From the NCBI GenBank assembly GCA_964572155.1, contig CAZNDZ010000001.1, forward strand, positions 648,840 through 712,839: a stretch of 64,000 nt of DNA, written 5' to 3'. The DNA is from an uncultured Planctomycetales bacterium (GTDB taxonomy: Bacteria; Omnitrophota; Gorgyraeia; Zapsychrales; Fredricksoniimonadaceae). Within the stretch, counting starts at the first letter, position 1. Each line of letters begins with the position of its first letter. Below are positions 50,752 to 59,743 of the stretch, piece by piece. A program made the position numbers and the translations under genes. The notes under the pieces were generated by a model that was not told the DNA's origin, made no database searches, and saw nothing but the letters and a program-made list of their open reading frames with translations.

Positions 50752-51411
50752 TTAAGCGTGAATTTTCTTCTTATTAAATTCGTAGATCACATCGAGTAGA
50801 ATTAGAACAGCGGCAACCCCTAAGATGAACCAGCTTTTTGGTGTCATCATCTTATGTTCCATCAAAATACGTGTCTTTAAATGAAAAGCAATCAACATGA
50901 TGATCACCCAAAAGAAGGGCTTATGTTCTTTGCTATCGATCAAGCGCTTTAAGCTAAATGGCCACTTTTCTCCTTGGGGGTATGGATTAAAGGAAGGGAT
51001 CATGGCGGGAATTTTAGCCATGTAATTCTTATAAGATTCGCCAAATTTTGCTAGTAACATACCTTGTTCATCGTTGATTGTTCTAAAATAAACAAGCGCC
51101 AAGGCAATGATGAAAACAAGTCCTGCCCAGCCCATGTTTAACACGACACAAAATCCAATGAAGATTAAGAAGGTGCCAAGGTAAAGCGGGTTGCGCACAA
51201 AGGCATATGGGCCCGACGTGGTTAACTTGTCATTCTTAATTGCATATCCGTTAGACCATAGACGGATGAGAAGGCCTGCGATCACATAGCCAATCCCAGC
51301 ACTAATGGAAGCTTCTGTGGTGCGGCCATAAATTGCGATCAATAAAGCAAACGGATAAATGATGGCAAAACGTGGTTTAAACCAACGGTTGATGCGATGT
51401 GTTAAATTCAT
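50752..51411 (-). CDS. Isoprenylcysteine carboxyl methyltransferase/PEMT-family membrane protein
   Basis: LTTSGPYAFVRNPLYLG, EQ..L...FG..Y..Y...P. Confidence 0.85.
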   Translation of the reverse strand: MNLTHRINRWFKPRFAIIYPFALLIAIYGRTTEASISAGIGYVIAGLLIRLWSNGYAIKNDKLTTSGPYAFVRNPLYLGTFLIFIGFCVVLNMGWAGLVFIIALALVYFRTINDEQGMLLAKFGESYKNYMAKIPAMIPSFNPYPQGEKWPFSLKRLIDSKEHKPFFWVIIMLIAFHLKTRILMEHKMMTPKSWFILGVAAVLILLDVIYEFNKKKIHA

Positions 51412-51438
51412 AGCAGGTATTATACTCAAAGTTTGAAT

Positions 51439-51906
51439 TTACGCTAATACTTCCAGTAGAATTCTTAACGCGGCGTTTTTAGCGAGGGTTTTATTTTGCA
51501 ATCGGTTTCCTTTAAAATGAAATTGTCTCACGATGGTTTCTTTGCCGTAAGAGAGGGCGATATAAGTTAAACCAACAGGTTTATGTTTATTACCGCCGGT
51601 AGGGCCGGCAATGCCCGTGATGCCGATGCCATAATCAGTTTTTAAAATGTTGCGCACACCTTTGGCCATGTGGCTGACAACTTCAGCACTGACAGCGCCA
51701 TAGGTGTTGATGTATTTGGCTGGGACTTTAAGGATTTTTGTCTTAGCGGCATTGTCATAGGCGATAATGCCAAGCATAAAAAAGGCAGACGCGCCTGCAA
51801 TATTGGTTAAGCTATGGGCCAATAATCCGCCTGTGCAGGATTCGGCCACCGCCAGAGTTTCTTTACGTTGCTGTAATATTTTTGCTATTTTTTGTTCAAG
51901 TCGCAT
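51439..51906 (-). CDS. CinA C-terminal domain / NMN amidohydrolase (PncC)
   Basis: AVAESCTGGL, GAVS..V...MA.G, TGIAGPTGG...KPVG. Confidence 0.92.
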   Translation of the reverse strand: MRLEQKIAKILQQRKETLAVAESCTGGLLAHSLTNIAGASAFFMLGIIAYDNAAKTKILKVPAKYINTYGAVSAEVVSHMAKGVRNILKTDYGIGITGIAGPTGGNKHKPVGLTYIALSYGKETIVRQFHFKGNRLQNKTLAKNAALRILLEVLA

Positions 51907-51964
51907 GTTATTAAAAACAATAGGGTTATGTAATCTTCAGTGATTATACGCTTAGAACTATTGA

Positions 51965-51993
51965 TTGACAAGCACGAAGATTTTGCATATACT
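51965..51993 (+). promoter_or_regulatory. Sigma70 promoter of rib operon
   Basis: TTGACA-17 nt-TATACT. Confidence 0.75.
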
Positions 51994-52036
51994 TTGCGGA
52001 TACTTTTGTCGATATGTACCTAAATGGAGGAAGTGC

Positions 52037-53239
52037 ATGTTTAATTCGATCCCAGAAGTCTTAGAAGAACTTAAAAGCGGACGCATGGTCATTGTTATGG
52101 ATGATGAAGGCCGTGAAAATGAAGGTGACGTTTTAGTTGCCGCAGAACACATTACGCCCGAAATCATTAATTTCATGGCAACCTATGCACGTGGTCTTAT
52201 TTGCGTGCCGATGGAAGATGCGCGCCTTTCTCAATTAGATTTACATCCCATGAAGGATGATCCAAATTCTAAACATCAAAAATGTAATACCGCTTGGACT
52301 GTTTCTGTTGATGCTGCCTTTGGTGTTACAACAGGTATCTCAACAGCAGACCGCGCCAAAACGGTTGAAGTTTTAATTGATGAGAAATCCAAAGCCTCTG
52401 ATTTAGTCACCCCAGGCCATTTATTTCCATTGCGCGCTCGTCGTGGTGGCGTCTTGGTTCGTGCAGGTCACACAGAAGCTTCTGTTGATTTGATGCGTTT
52501 AGCTGGCATGTATCCCGCCGGTGTTATTTGTGAGATCATGAATGATGATGGCACCATGGCACGTACCAATGATTTGATCCAATTTGCTAAGAAACATAAA
52601 CTAAAAATTTGTACGATCGATAGCTTGATCGAATACCGCCGTAAATCTGAGAAGTTGGTCGAACGTGTTGAAGAAACACCATTACCAACACAAGATGGCG
52701 AATTCAAGTTGTATGCGTATAAGTCTGTCATCGATGATGTGATCCATTTGGCCTTGGTCAAAGGTCAAATTGATTCAACCGTTCCAGTCTTAGTGCGTGC
52801 ACAATCCGAATGTCTGACAGGTGATATCTTTGGTTCTTTGCGGTGTGATTGCAACAGCCAATTAAGATCTGCCATGAAGACGATTGAAGCGGCAGGATCT
52901 GGTGTGATCTTATATATTCGCCAACATGAAGGCCGTGGCATTGGCTTACTCAATAAATTAAAAGCCTACAATTTGCAAGATGAAGGCATGGACACCGTCG
53001 AAGCAAACCAAGCTTTAGGTTTCCCTGCGGATTTACGTGATTATGGTATCGGTGCTCAGATCTTAGTTGATTTGGGTGTGAAACAAATCCGATTGCTCAC
53101 GAACAATCCTCGTAAGATTGTTGGTTTAGAAGGTTATGGCTTATCTGTTGTGGAACGTGTGCCTATTAAAGTCGCGCATCATCCGAAAACAGAAGGTTAT
53201 TTAAAGACCAAGAAGGAAAAGTTAGGGCACATCCTCTAA
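52037..53239 (+). CDS. ribBA: Bifunctional DHBP synthase / GTP cyclohydrolase II
   Basis: [46 protein letters not shown]; GGAGG SD before ATG 52037. Confidence 0.96.
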   Translation: MFNSIPEVLEELKSGRMVIVMDDEGRENEGDVLVAAEHITPEIINFMATYARGLICVPMEDARLSQLDLHPMKDDPNSKHQKCNTAWTVSVDAAFGVTTGISTADRAKTVEVLIDEKSKASDLVTPGHLFPLRARRGGVLVRAGHTEASVDLMRLAGMYPAGVICEIMNDDGTMARTNDLIQFAKKHKLKICTIDSLIEYRRKSEKLVERVEETPLPTQDGEFKLYAYKSVIDDVIHLALVKGQIDSTVPVLVRAQSECLTGDIFGSLRCDCNSQLRSAMKTIEAAGSGVILYIRQHEGRGIGLLNKLKAYNLQDEGMDTVEANQALGFPADLRDYGIGAQILVDLGVKQIRLLTNNPRKIVGLEGYGLSVVERVPIKVAHHPKTEGYLKTKKEKLGHIL

Positions 53240-53676
53240 TGAATGCACGCATTGCCATTGTCGCCGGTGAGTTCAATGAATTTATCAGCAAGGCATTGCT
53301 TGCGGCGGCTTTAAAAGAATTAAAAAAAGCAGGATTGACGGACAAAGCCATCACCACGGTTTGGGTCCCAGGTTCTTTAGAAATGCCGGTGGTGGCCCTT
53401 AAACTCGCATCAAAGAAAACGGTTGATGCGGTCATTTGTTTGGGTGCTGTCATCCGCGGTGATACATATCACTTTGAAGTTGTTGCAAATAATGTTGCCC
53501 AAGGGATCATGGAAGTTTCACTGAAAACAGGTAAGCCTGTGATCATGGGGGTTTTGACAACAGATACGATTGGGCAAGCACAAGCGCGGGCCCAAGAAAA
53601 CGGTAAGGATAACAAAGGCCGCGATGCGGCTATAACGGCGCTAGCCATGATTGCTCTTTTAAAAAAGTTGAAATAA
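53239..53676 (+). CDS. ribH: 6,7-dimethyl-8-ribityllumazine synthase
   Basis: [28 protein letters not shown]. Confidence 0.96.
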   Translation: MNARIAIVAGEFNEFISKALLAAALKELKKAGLTDKAITTVWVPGSLEMPVVALKLASKKTVDAVICLGAVIRGDTYHFEVVANNVAQGIMEVSLKTGKPVIMGVLTTDTIGQAQARAQENGKDNKGRDAAITALAMIALLKKLK

Positions 53677-53677
53677 T

Positions 53678-54109
53678 ATGAGACGACGCACACTCGCGCG
53701 TGAACACGCTTTAAAGATTTTGTATCAATTGGATATCACCCGTCGACCTTTGGATCTGATCATCGAAGATTACTGGAAAGCGGATGATACCAAGGATATC
53801 AAAGATGATGCGATCATCAAGTATGCCGGTGAATTAGCGACGGGTGTTGTTGCACAGTTGAAAGTTATTGATGATAAGATTTCCGAATATGCCACCAATT
53901 GGCAATTAAAACGCATGGCCGTGATTGACCGCAATTCCATGCGCATCGGTTTGTATGAACTCAAATACACCAAAGAAATTCCTCCCAAAGTAGCCATTAA
54001 TGAAGCGGTTGAGCTCGCCAAGAAATATGGTGATCTTGAATCCAGCAAGTTTGTTAATGGCATCTTAGATAAGATCCATAAAAAAGAAATTGTAGAGCCG
54101 AGCAATTAA
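53678..54109 (+). CDS. nusB: Transcription antitermination factor NusB
   Basis: RR..ARE.A...[32 protein letters not shown]. Confidence 0.96.
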   Translation: MRRRTLAREHALKILYQLDITRRPLDLIIEDYWKADDTKDIKDDAIIKYAGELATGVVAQLKVIDDKISEYATNWQLKRMAVIDRNSMRIGLYELKYTKEIPPKVAINEAVELAKKYGDLESSKFVNGILDKIHKKEIVEPSN

Positions 54110-54110
54110 C

Positions 54111-54932
54111 ATGCGGCTGGCTGACCTCCACATTCATACGTACTACTCCGACAGCACATCATCGCCAGAGGAAGTGGTAGAACAGGCTGTTGCGGCTAAA
54201 ATGAGCGCAATTGCCATTACCGATCATGATATCATCGACGGCGTGGCCCCAACCATCGCCGCGGCCCAAGGCAAAGATTTAGAAATCATCCCAGGTGTTG
54301 AATTATCCGCAGAATATGAAGGTAAAGACATTCACATCTTAGGGTATTTCATTGATGTGGAAAAAGGTCCGTTGGTTGAGAAATGTGAAATATTCTTAGA
54401 CGGCCGTGTTGCGCGCATGAAGCAGATGATCATGAATTTGCGTGGTGTTGGGATTACCAATATTGAATATGAAGAAATCAGTGCCATGACCAAAGGCAGG
54501 GCAGTGGGTCGAGCACATTTGGCGTACTTGATGGTGCAAAAGGGTATTGTTAAGAATTATAAGGAAGTCTTTGATAAATATTTAAGCGAAGGCTGCCCAG
54601 GGTATGCACCGAAGTTCAAACAAAGCCCATTTGAAACCATTGATTTGATTCACCAAAGTGGTGGATTAGCCGTGATGGCGCATCCAATGCTCACCCTTAA
54701 AGATGAATTGATATCCCCGATGGTGAAGGCGGGTTTAGATGGTTTAGAAATTTATTATCCAAATCTCTCCGATACCGTGCATAATTTTTATTATAAGTTA
54801 GCAAAAAAACACAAGCTATTAATGACGGGCGGCTCCGACGCTCATGGTAAAGCCAAGCCTTATACGTACATTGGTAAGGCATCCATTGATTATGCGTTGG
54901 TGGAAGCCATGAAGGAACGTTTGAAACGATGA
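54111..54932 (+). CDS. PHP-domain phosphoesterase (YciV/TrpH-like)
   Basis: DLHIHT..SD, AITDHD, HILGY, AHP, GGSDAHG. Confidence 0.9.
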   Translation: MRLADLHIHTYYSDSTSSPEEVVEQAVAAKMSAIAITDHDIIDGVAPTIAAAQGKDLEIIPGVELSAEYEGKDIHILGYFIDVEKGPLVEKCEIFLDGRVARMKQMIMNLRGVGITNIEYEEISAMTKGRAVGRAHLAYLMVQKGIVKNYKEVFDKYLSEGCPGYAPKFKQSPFETIDLIHQSGGLAVMAHPMLTLKDELISPMVKAGLDGLEIYYPNLSDTVHNFYYKLAKKHKLLMTGGSDAHGKAKPYTYIGKASIDYALVEAMKERLKR

Positions 54933-55969
54933 GAACGCACGAAGATTTCATGCAGATGGCCTATGACCTTGCTTTGAAAGGCTGGGGGCATGTGTCGCCC
55001 AATCCTCTCGTCGGTGCTGTCATTGTAAAATCAGGCAAGATCATCGCTGGTGGTTGGCATCCGCATTTTGGCGGACCTCATGCAGAAGCCATGGCCATAG
55101 CGAAGGCTGGCAAAAAAGCTAAAGGCGCTGACCTCTACGTTACCTTAGAACCTTGTTCTCATTTTGGTAAAACCCCACCGTGCACCCAAGCAATCATTGA
55201 GGCTGGTATCAAACATGTCTATGTTGGTGTGCTTGATCCAAATCGAATGATGAACGGTAAGTCGGTTAAGCTTTTACAAAAAGCGGGCATTGGTGTGAGC
55301 GTTGGTTTTCTGCAAGAGGAATTAAATAAGCTCAATGAAAGTTTTAATCATTATATTGTCACCAAAAAACCATTTGTGACCGCCAAGGTTGCGCAGACGA
55401 TAGACGGAAAAATTGCCAATGCTGTGGGGCAATCCAAATGGATCACCTCCCAAGAAGCCCGCGATCATGCCCATGGCTTTCGTTTTGGATTTGATGCTAT
55501 TTTAGTTGGCATTAATACGGTGCTTAAAGATAATCCTGCTTTAAACAGCACACCGCGCAAAAATATCAAGAAGATCGTCTTAGATACAACGTTGCAAATG
55601 CCAAATAAGGGCAAAATTTATGTTGGCACACGACCTGAAGATATTATAATTTTTACCGGTGCCGCAAAAACTAAGTCATTAAAAGCGACCATCGTTCGAG
55701 CGCCACTTAAAAATGGCAAAGTTGATTTGAAGTGGGTATTAGAATATTTAGGCAAGCAATCCGTCGCTAATCTTCTGATAGAGGGCGGTTCAACCGTTAT
55801 TGAAAGTGCGTTAAGAGAAAACTTGGTTCATAAGATGATGTATTACATTGCGCCCAAGATCATGGGCAATGGTTTAAAGGCGATTGATAAGCTTCAAGTT
55901 TTAAAAAACACACAGATGGGGCAAATTGGTCCAGATGTGCTCATCGAAGGGTATCCGACTTCGCTCTAA
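54929..55969 (+). CDS. ribD: Riboflavin biosynthesis deaminase/reductase
   Basis: PNPLVGA, HAE, TLEPCSH.GKTPPC, DGKIA..G.SKWIT, IEGG. Confidence 0.96.
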   Translation: MRTHEDFMQMAYDLALKGWGHVSPNPLVGAVIVKSGKIIAGGWHPHFGGPHAEAMAIAKAGKKAKGADLYVTLEPCSHFGKTPPCTQAIIEAGIKHVYVGVLDPNRMMNGKSVKLLQKAGIGVSVGFLQEELNKLNESFNHYIVTKKPFVTAKVAQTIDGKIANAVGQSKWITSQEARDHAHGFRFGFDAILVGINTVLKDNPALNSTPRKNIKKIVLDTTLQMPNKGKIYVGTRPEDIIIFTGAAKTKSLKATIVRAPLKNGKVDLKWVLEYLGKQSVANLLIEGGSTVIESALRENLVHKMMYYIAPKIMGNGLKAIDKLQVLKNTQMGQIGPDVLIEGYPTSL

Positions 55970-55995
55970 AACTTTCGTTTGAGAGCTACGTCGGA
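55954..55995. repeat. Palindromic element at ribD/ribE junction
   Basis: TCCGACTTCGCTCT ... AGAGCTACGTCGGA imperfect hairpin. Confidence 0.65.
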
Positions 55996-56026
55996 CTGCG
56001 CCAGCATAAAGAAAGGTAATTGGCTT

Positions 56027-56605
56027 GTGTTTACTGGGATCATTGAAAAGTTAGGTGTGGTTAAGGCGATTAAGCATAACAAGAATCTGATTGTCTTGGA
56101 TCTTGATTGTGGCAAGTTGGCCAAAGATATTAAATTAGGCGATAGCGTTGCCATCAATGGTGTTTGTTTAACCGCGACGACAAAGAAGGCAAGTGTCGTA
56201 AGTTTTGATTTAATGAAAGAAACCGTCGAAAAAACATCACTTAAGCAAATCAACATTGGCACCAAGGTTAACATGGAGCTAGCACTTAAAGCCAACAGTC
56301 GATTCGGCGGTCATTTTGTCACCGGCCACGTCGATGAGGTGGGGGTCATTGAATCAATCGAAAAACTACCCAACTGGGTCGCCATCACCATTACCGTATC
56401 CAAATCCGCCATCAAACACCTAGTCCCCAAAGGCTCCGTCACGGTCGATGGCATCAGCCTTACCGTCGGCAAAGTTAGCAAGAAAACCTTCAGCATTTAT
56501 CTCATTCCCTACACCCTTAAAGCCACCAATCTAGCCTCCAAAAAGTTGGGCGACTGGCTTAATATTGAAACAGATATCTTGGCAAAGTATATACTTAAGC
56601 AGTAA
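56027..56605 (+). CDS. ribE: Riboflavin synthase (alpha chain)
   Basis: (M)FTGIIE from GTG 56027, GDSVAINGVCLT, GGHFVTGHVD, KGSVTVDGISLTV. Confidence 0.95.
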   Translation: MFTGIIEKLGVVKAIKHNKNLIVLDLDCGKLAKDIKLGDSVAINGVCLTATTKKASVVSFDLMKETVEKTSLKQINIGTKVNMELALKANSRFGGHFVTGHVDEVGVIESIEKLPNWVAITITVSKSAIKHLVPKGSVTVDGISLTVGKVSKKTFSIYLIPYTLKATNLASKKLGDWLNIETDILAKYILKQ

Positions 56606-56609
56606 GGAA

Positions 56610-56882
56610 TTATCGTTTTTCTACAGCTAATTTCTCCGCAACCCACATGCGGATTAGTGTTAAATAACCTAGCCCACGTTTTGCAGCTGCTTTCTTTAGA
56701 GAATTAATCATTTGATCATCAATACGCAGAGAGATAAGTCTTTTGCGTGGTTTTGGAAAATGAACATTTTTAACTTCTTCTAATTCCTCTTCGAATTCAG
56801 TAATTGAATGCGTCTTCCAAAAAGCTGCTTCTTCATTCTTTGATTTAAACTTTGGTATAGTTTTAGCAATTGTTTCTTTCAT
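56610..56882 (-). CDS. BrnA/CopG-type antitoxin
   Basis: IPKFKS..EEA.FW.TH, ISLRI, GY.TLIR.W RHH domain. Confidence 0.85.
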   Translation of the reverse strand: MKETIAKTIPKFKSKNEEAAFWKTHSITEFEEELEEVKNVHFPKPRKRLISLRIDDQMINSLKKAAAKRGLGYLTLIRMWVAEKLAVEKR

Positions 56883-56883
56883 A

Positions 56884-57147
56884 TTATCTCCGTTGAAATC
56901 GATGTCGTTCTGAATCAGTCATGCTCCTTGCAGTGATTACATAAACTTTGCTTTTTGGTTTAAGTTCCATAATAACTGTTAAATAGCGACCTTGGTCAGT
57001 CCGACCAAGAACATAGAAACGATCTTGTCGACTTTTTAATATCAAGGGGTTGTTAAAGCAAGCCTCCTCAGCTTCTTCTGGACTTACATGGTGCTCGGCA
57101 ATATGGGGGACATTAAAATGATCCCATATGAAGGATTTAATGATCAC
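56884..57147 (-). CDS. BrnT-family toxin (ribonuclease)
   Basis: FIWD..N..HI..H.VS.EEAEE, GRT..GRYL, VITAR.M...ER; GTG start after AAAGGA. Confidence 0.85.
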   Translation of the reverse strand: MIIKSFIWDHFNVPHIAEHHVSPEEAEEACFNNPLILKSRQDRFYVLGRTDQGRYLTVIMELKPKSKVYVITARSMTDSERHRFQRR

Positions 57148-57370
57148 TAGGTATCCTTTCTTTAAGTATATATGTATATACAATAGATGTCAAATTTTTG
57201 GGTCAATTTTAATAGATTGTTTTTGGGGGATTTCTATTCTAAAACGACATGGGGGATGCCGTTGGAATCAAATTCTTCGTAATATTATCATCTTATGTGT
57301 GAAAGTCAAATGATCGAAATAATTGACATCAAAGTGGATGGCTTGTGGTTTTGTATGGTAAGCTTGTTTT

Positions 57371-57757
57371 ATGAGTGCCCCATTGAAGGTTATTGTCATT
57401 GATGATGATCCGGACATGTGCGCGTTGACCCAAAAGGTATTGGTGAAGTTTGGGCACGAAGTTAATGCGTTTTGTGATAGTGACGCAGGCATTGCGTTTG
57501 CTAAAAAGAGTAAGCTTAATCTTATCTTGATGGACATCATGCTCCCAGGATTAAGTGGCCCAGAACTTGTTATATCATTCCAAAAAGATCCCCAATTAAA
57601 AAATATCCCTGTTGTTTTTCTAACTGGCTTAGTCTCAGGCCAAGAGAAGAACATGCAGAATGAAGGCATTGAAGTGGGCGGTAAGAAGTACCCTACTTTA
57701 GGTAAACCTTATGAGATTGAACAATTATTAAGTGTGGTTAAGAAATATGCTGTCTAA
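57371..57757 (+). CDS. Single-domain response regulator
   Basis: IDDD, LMDIMLPG, FLTG, KP. Confidence 0.92.
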   Translation: MSAPLKVIVIDDDPDMCALTQKVLVKFGHEVNAFCDSDAGIAFAKKSKLNLILMDIMLPGLSGPELVISFQKDPQLKNIPVVFLTGLVSGQEKNMQNEGIEVGGKKYPTLGKPYEIEQLLSVVKKYAV

Positions 57758-57777
57758 CGCCATGGAGCCATAAGGTT

Positions 57778-58896
57778 ATGTCAAAAGAGATTCACGTAAT
57801 GTTTTTTGATGATGATGAAAATGCGCTCTATGAGATCTCTCGATTATTTGTCGATGAACCATATGGCATTCTAACCGCCACAACACTTGACCACGCCAAA
57901 GATATTTTACGCAAACATAAGATCAAGGTCGTTGTTTGTGGGCAGCAGATGAGGGATATTCACGGGGTCAAGTTCTTACAGGAAGTAAAAGGATTTTATC
58001 CAGATACGGTTCGAATTTTATCAGCGTCATATACAGATTTTGCCGCTGTCGAAGAAGCGATTAACTTAGGCGAAGTCTATAGGATTATTAGCAAGCCTTG
58101 GAAGAATTCGGAATTATTGTTTAATATCCGTCGAGCGATTGAACATTATGACTTGATTGTGAAAGCAGAAGAAACCAATCAACGCTTGAAGGCTATGTAT
58201 GATGTGCAGCGTGAATTCACATCAACGGTATCGCATGAATTGCGTACACCACTCGCATCCATTAAGACCGCCATTGATTTGGTTGTCATGAAAGCTTTAG
58301 GAGACATTAATAAAGAACAAGCTGAAGTTTTAAGACGTGCGAAGCGTAATGTTGACCGCTTAAAGCGTTTGATTGACGACATTTTAGATTTGACTAAGAT
58401 GGAATCTGGTAAGCTGCAAATGAATTTTATGCTCAACGACATCAATCGTGCGGTCAAAGAAGTGGTTGATGCACAAAAGGAAGTTGCACAAAAACGCAAC
58501 CTGTATTTAAAAGCACAATTAGATTCCCATATACCGCATATTAATTTTGATAGTGATCGTATTATTCAAGTCGTTAATAATTTGGTTGGCAATGCGATTA
58601 AGTTCACTAAGGTTGGTGGCATTACAATTAAAACAACCTTGAATACAAAAGAGCACTGCGTTTTAATCAGCGTCATTGATACAGGCAAGGGCATTGCTGA
58701 AGAGGATTTGCCAAAACTATTTCAAAAGTTTCATCAAATAGAATCCGCAGAGTCTAATGAAGAAGGTGGTACAGGTTTAGGGTTGGCGATCTCAAAAGAA
58801 ATCGTTGCGCGGCATCGTGGGTCTATTTGGGTTGATTCGGTTCTTGATGAGGGGACAACCTTTAGTTTTATGTTACCATTACCGGAAGATAAATAA
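57778..58896 (+). CDS. Hybrid histidine kinase (degenerate REC + HisKA + HATPase)
   Basis: SHELRTPL, NLVGNAIKFT, DTGKGI, GGTGLGL; REC lacks the canonical Asp. Confidence 0.92.
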   Translation: MSKEIHVMFFDDDENALYEISRLFVDEPYGILTATTLDHAKDILRKHKIKVVVCGQQMRDIHGVKFLQEVKGFYPDTVRILSASYTDFAAVEEAINLGEVYRIISKPWKNSELLFNIRRAIEHYDLIVKAEETNQRLKAMYDVQREFTSTVSHELRTPLASIKTAIDLVVMKALGDINKEQAEVLRRAKRNVDRLKRLIDDILDLTKMESGKLQMNFMLNDINRAVKEVVDAQKEVAQKRNLYLKAQLDSHIPHINFDSDRIIQVVNNLVGNAIKFTKVGGITIKTTLNTKEHCVLISVIDTGKGIAEEDLPKLFQKFHQIESAESNEEGGTGLGLAISKEIVARHRGSIWVDSVLDEGTTFSFMLPLPEDK

Positions 58897-58899
58897 CTT

Positions 58900-59688
58900 A
58901 TGGCCGACAATAGCACCAAAACAATTCTAGTTATTGACGATGAAATTGATTTGCAACAATTGGTCAAAATTGCTTTAGCTTCTAAAGGCTATAAGATTGA
59001 AACAGCCAATAATGGTGTAGAAGGTTTAGAAAAACTTAAAAAATTAACCCCTGATTTGATCATCTTAGATTTGAACATGCCAAAGATGGGGGGCTTGGAA
59101 TTTTATCAAAAGATTTGTGACGACAAAGGTCAGCCCAAATATCCCGTCTTTATTTTATCAGCACGCGCGAATATGACCCAGTTGTTCAAAGATTTTAATA
59201 TCAATGGTTTTATGACCAAGCCATTTGAGATTGATGAATTGTTAGATGAAGTTGATACCATCATCACTAAGAAATCACCGCAGATTAAGAAGATCACGGT
59301 CAGAGGTGTTGAGCGTGCTCCTAAGGTTTGTGTGGTTGAAACAGATCAGGAAATCTTAAAGAAGTTAGGCATGGAGTTCTTAAACAGCGGTTATTTGGTT
59401 AATTCAGCCTCGAATGGGACTGATGCTATTGAACGCATCTATGAGACTTTACCGGACATTGCCTTGGTTAAGTTGGCCTTGGATGATTTATCGGGAGATC
59501 TTGTTATCCTCCAGTTAAAGCGTATGACAAAGACACAACACATAAAATTTATCCTCTATGCGAGTTATGTTGCAGAGAGGACCATCATCGTTGATAAGAT
59601 CAGTAAAAAAGAAGGCATCGACTGCTTTGTGCAATACTCCAACCTGCAGCAATTAATCAATGCCACGCATGAATTATTAAGAATCTAG
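58900..59688 (+). CDS. Tandem receiver-domain protein
   Basis: REC1 IDDE/LDLNMP/KPF intact; REC2 degenerate. Confidence 0.88.
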   Translation: MADNSTKTILVIDDEIDLQQLVKIALASKGYKIETANNGVEGLEKLKKLTPDLIILDLNMPKMGGLEFYQKICDDKGQPKYPVFILSARANMTQLFKDFNINGFMTKPFEIDELLDEVDTIITKKSPQIKKITVRGVERAPKVCVVETDQEILKKLGMEFLNSGYLVNSASNGTDAIERIYETLPDIALVKLALDDLSGDLVILQLKRMTKTQHIKFILYASYVAERTIIVDKISKKEGIDCFVQYSNLQQLINATHELLRI

Positions 59689-59743
59689 GCTCAAATCCTC
59701 AAGGTTTGCATTTGGCCTTATAGTATGTATATACTATACGGTT

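Noticed and set aside
51907-52036. FMN riboswitch before the rib operon
   Set aside because: The leader from the promoter is only about 40 nt and lacks RFN consensus motifs.
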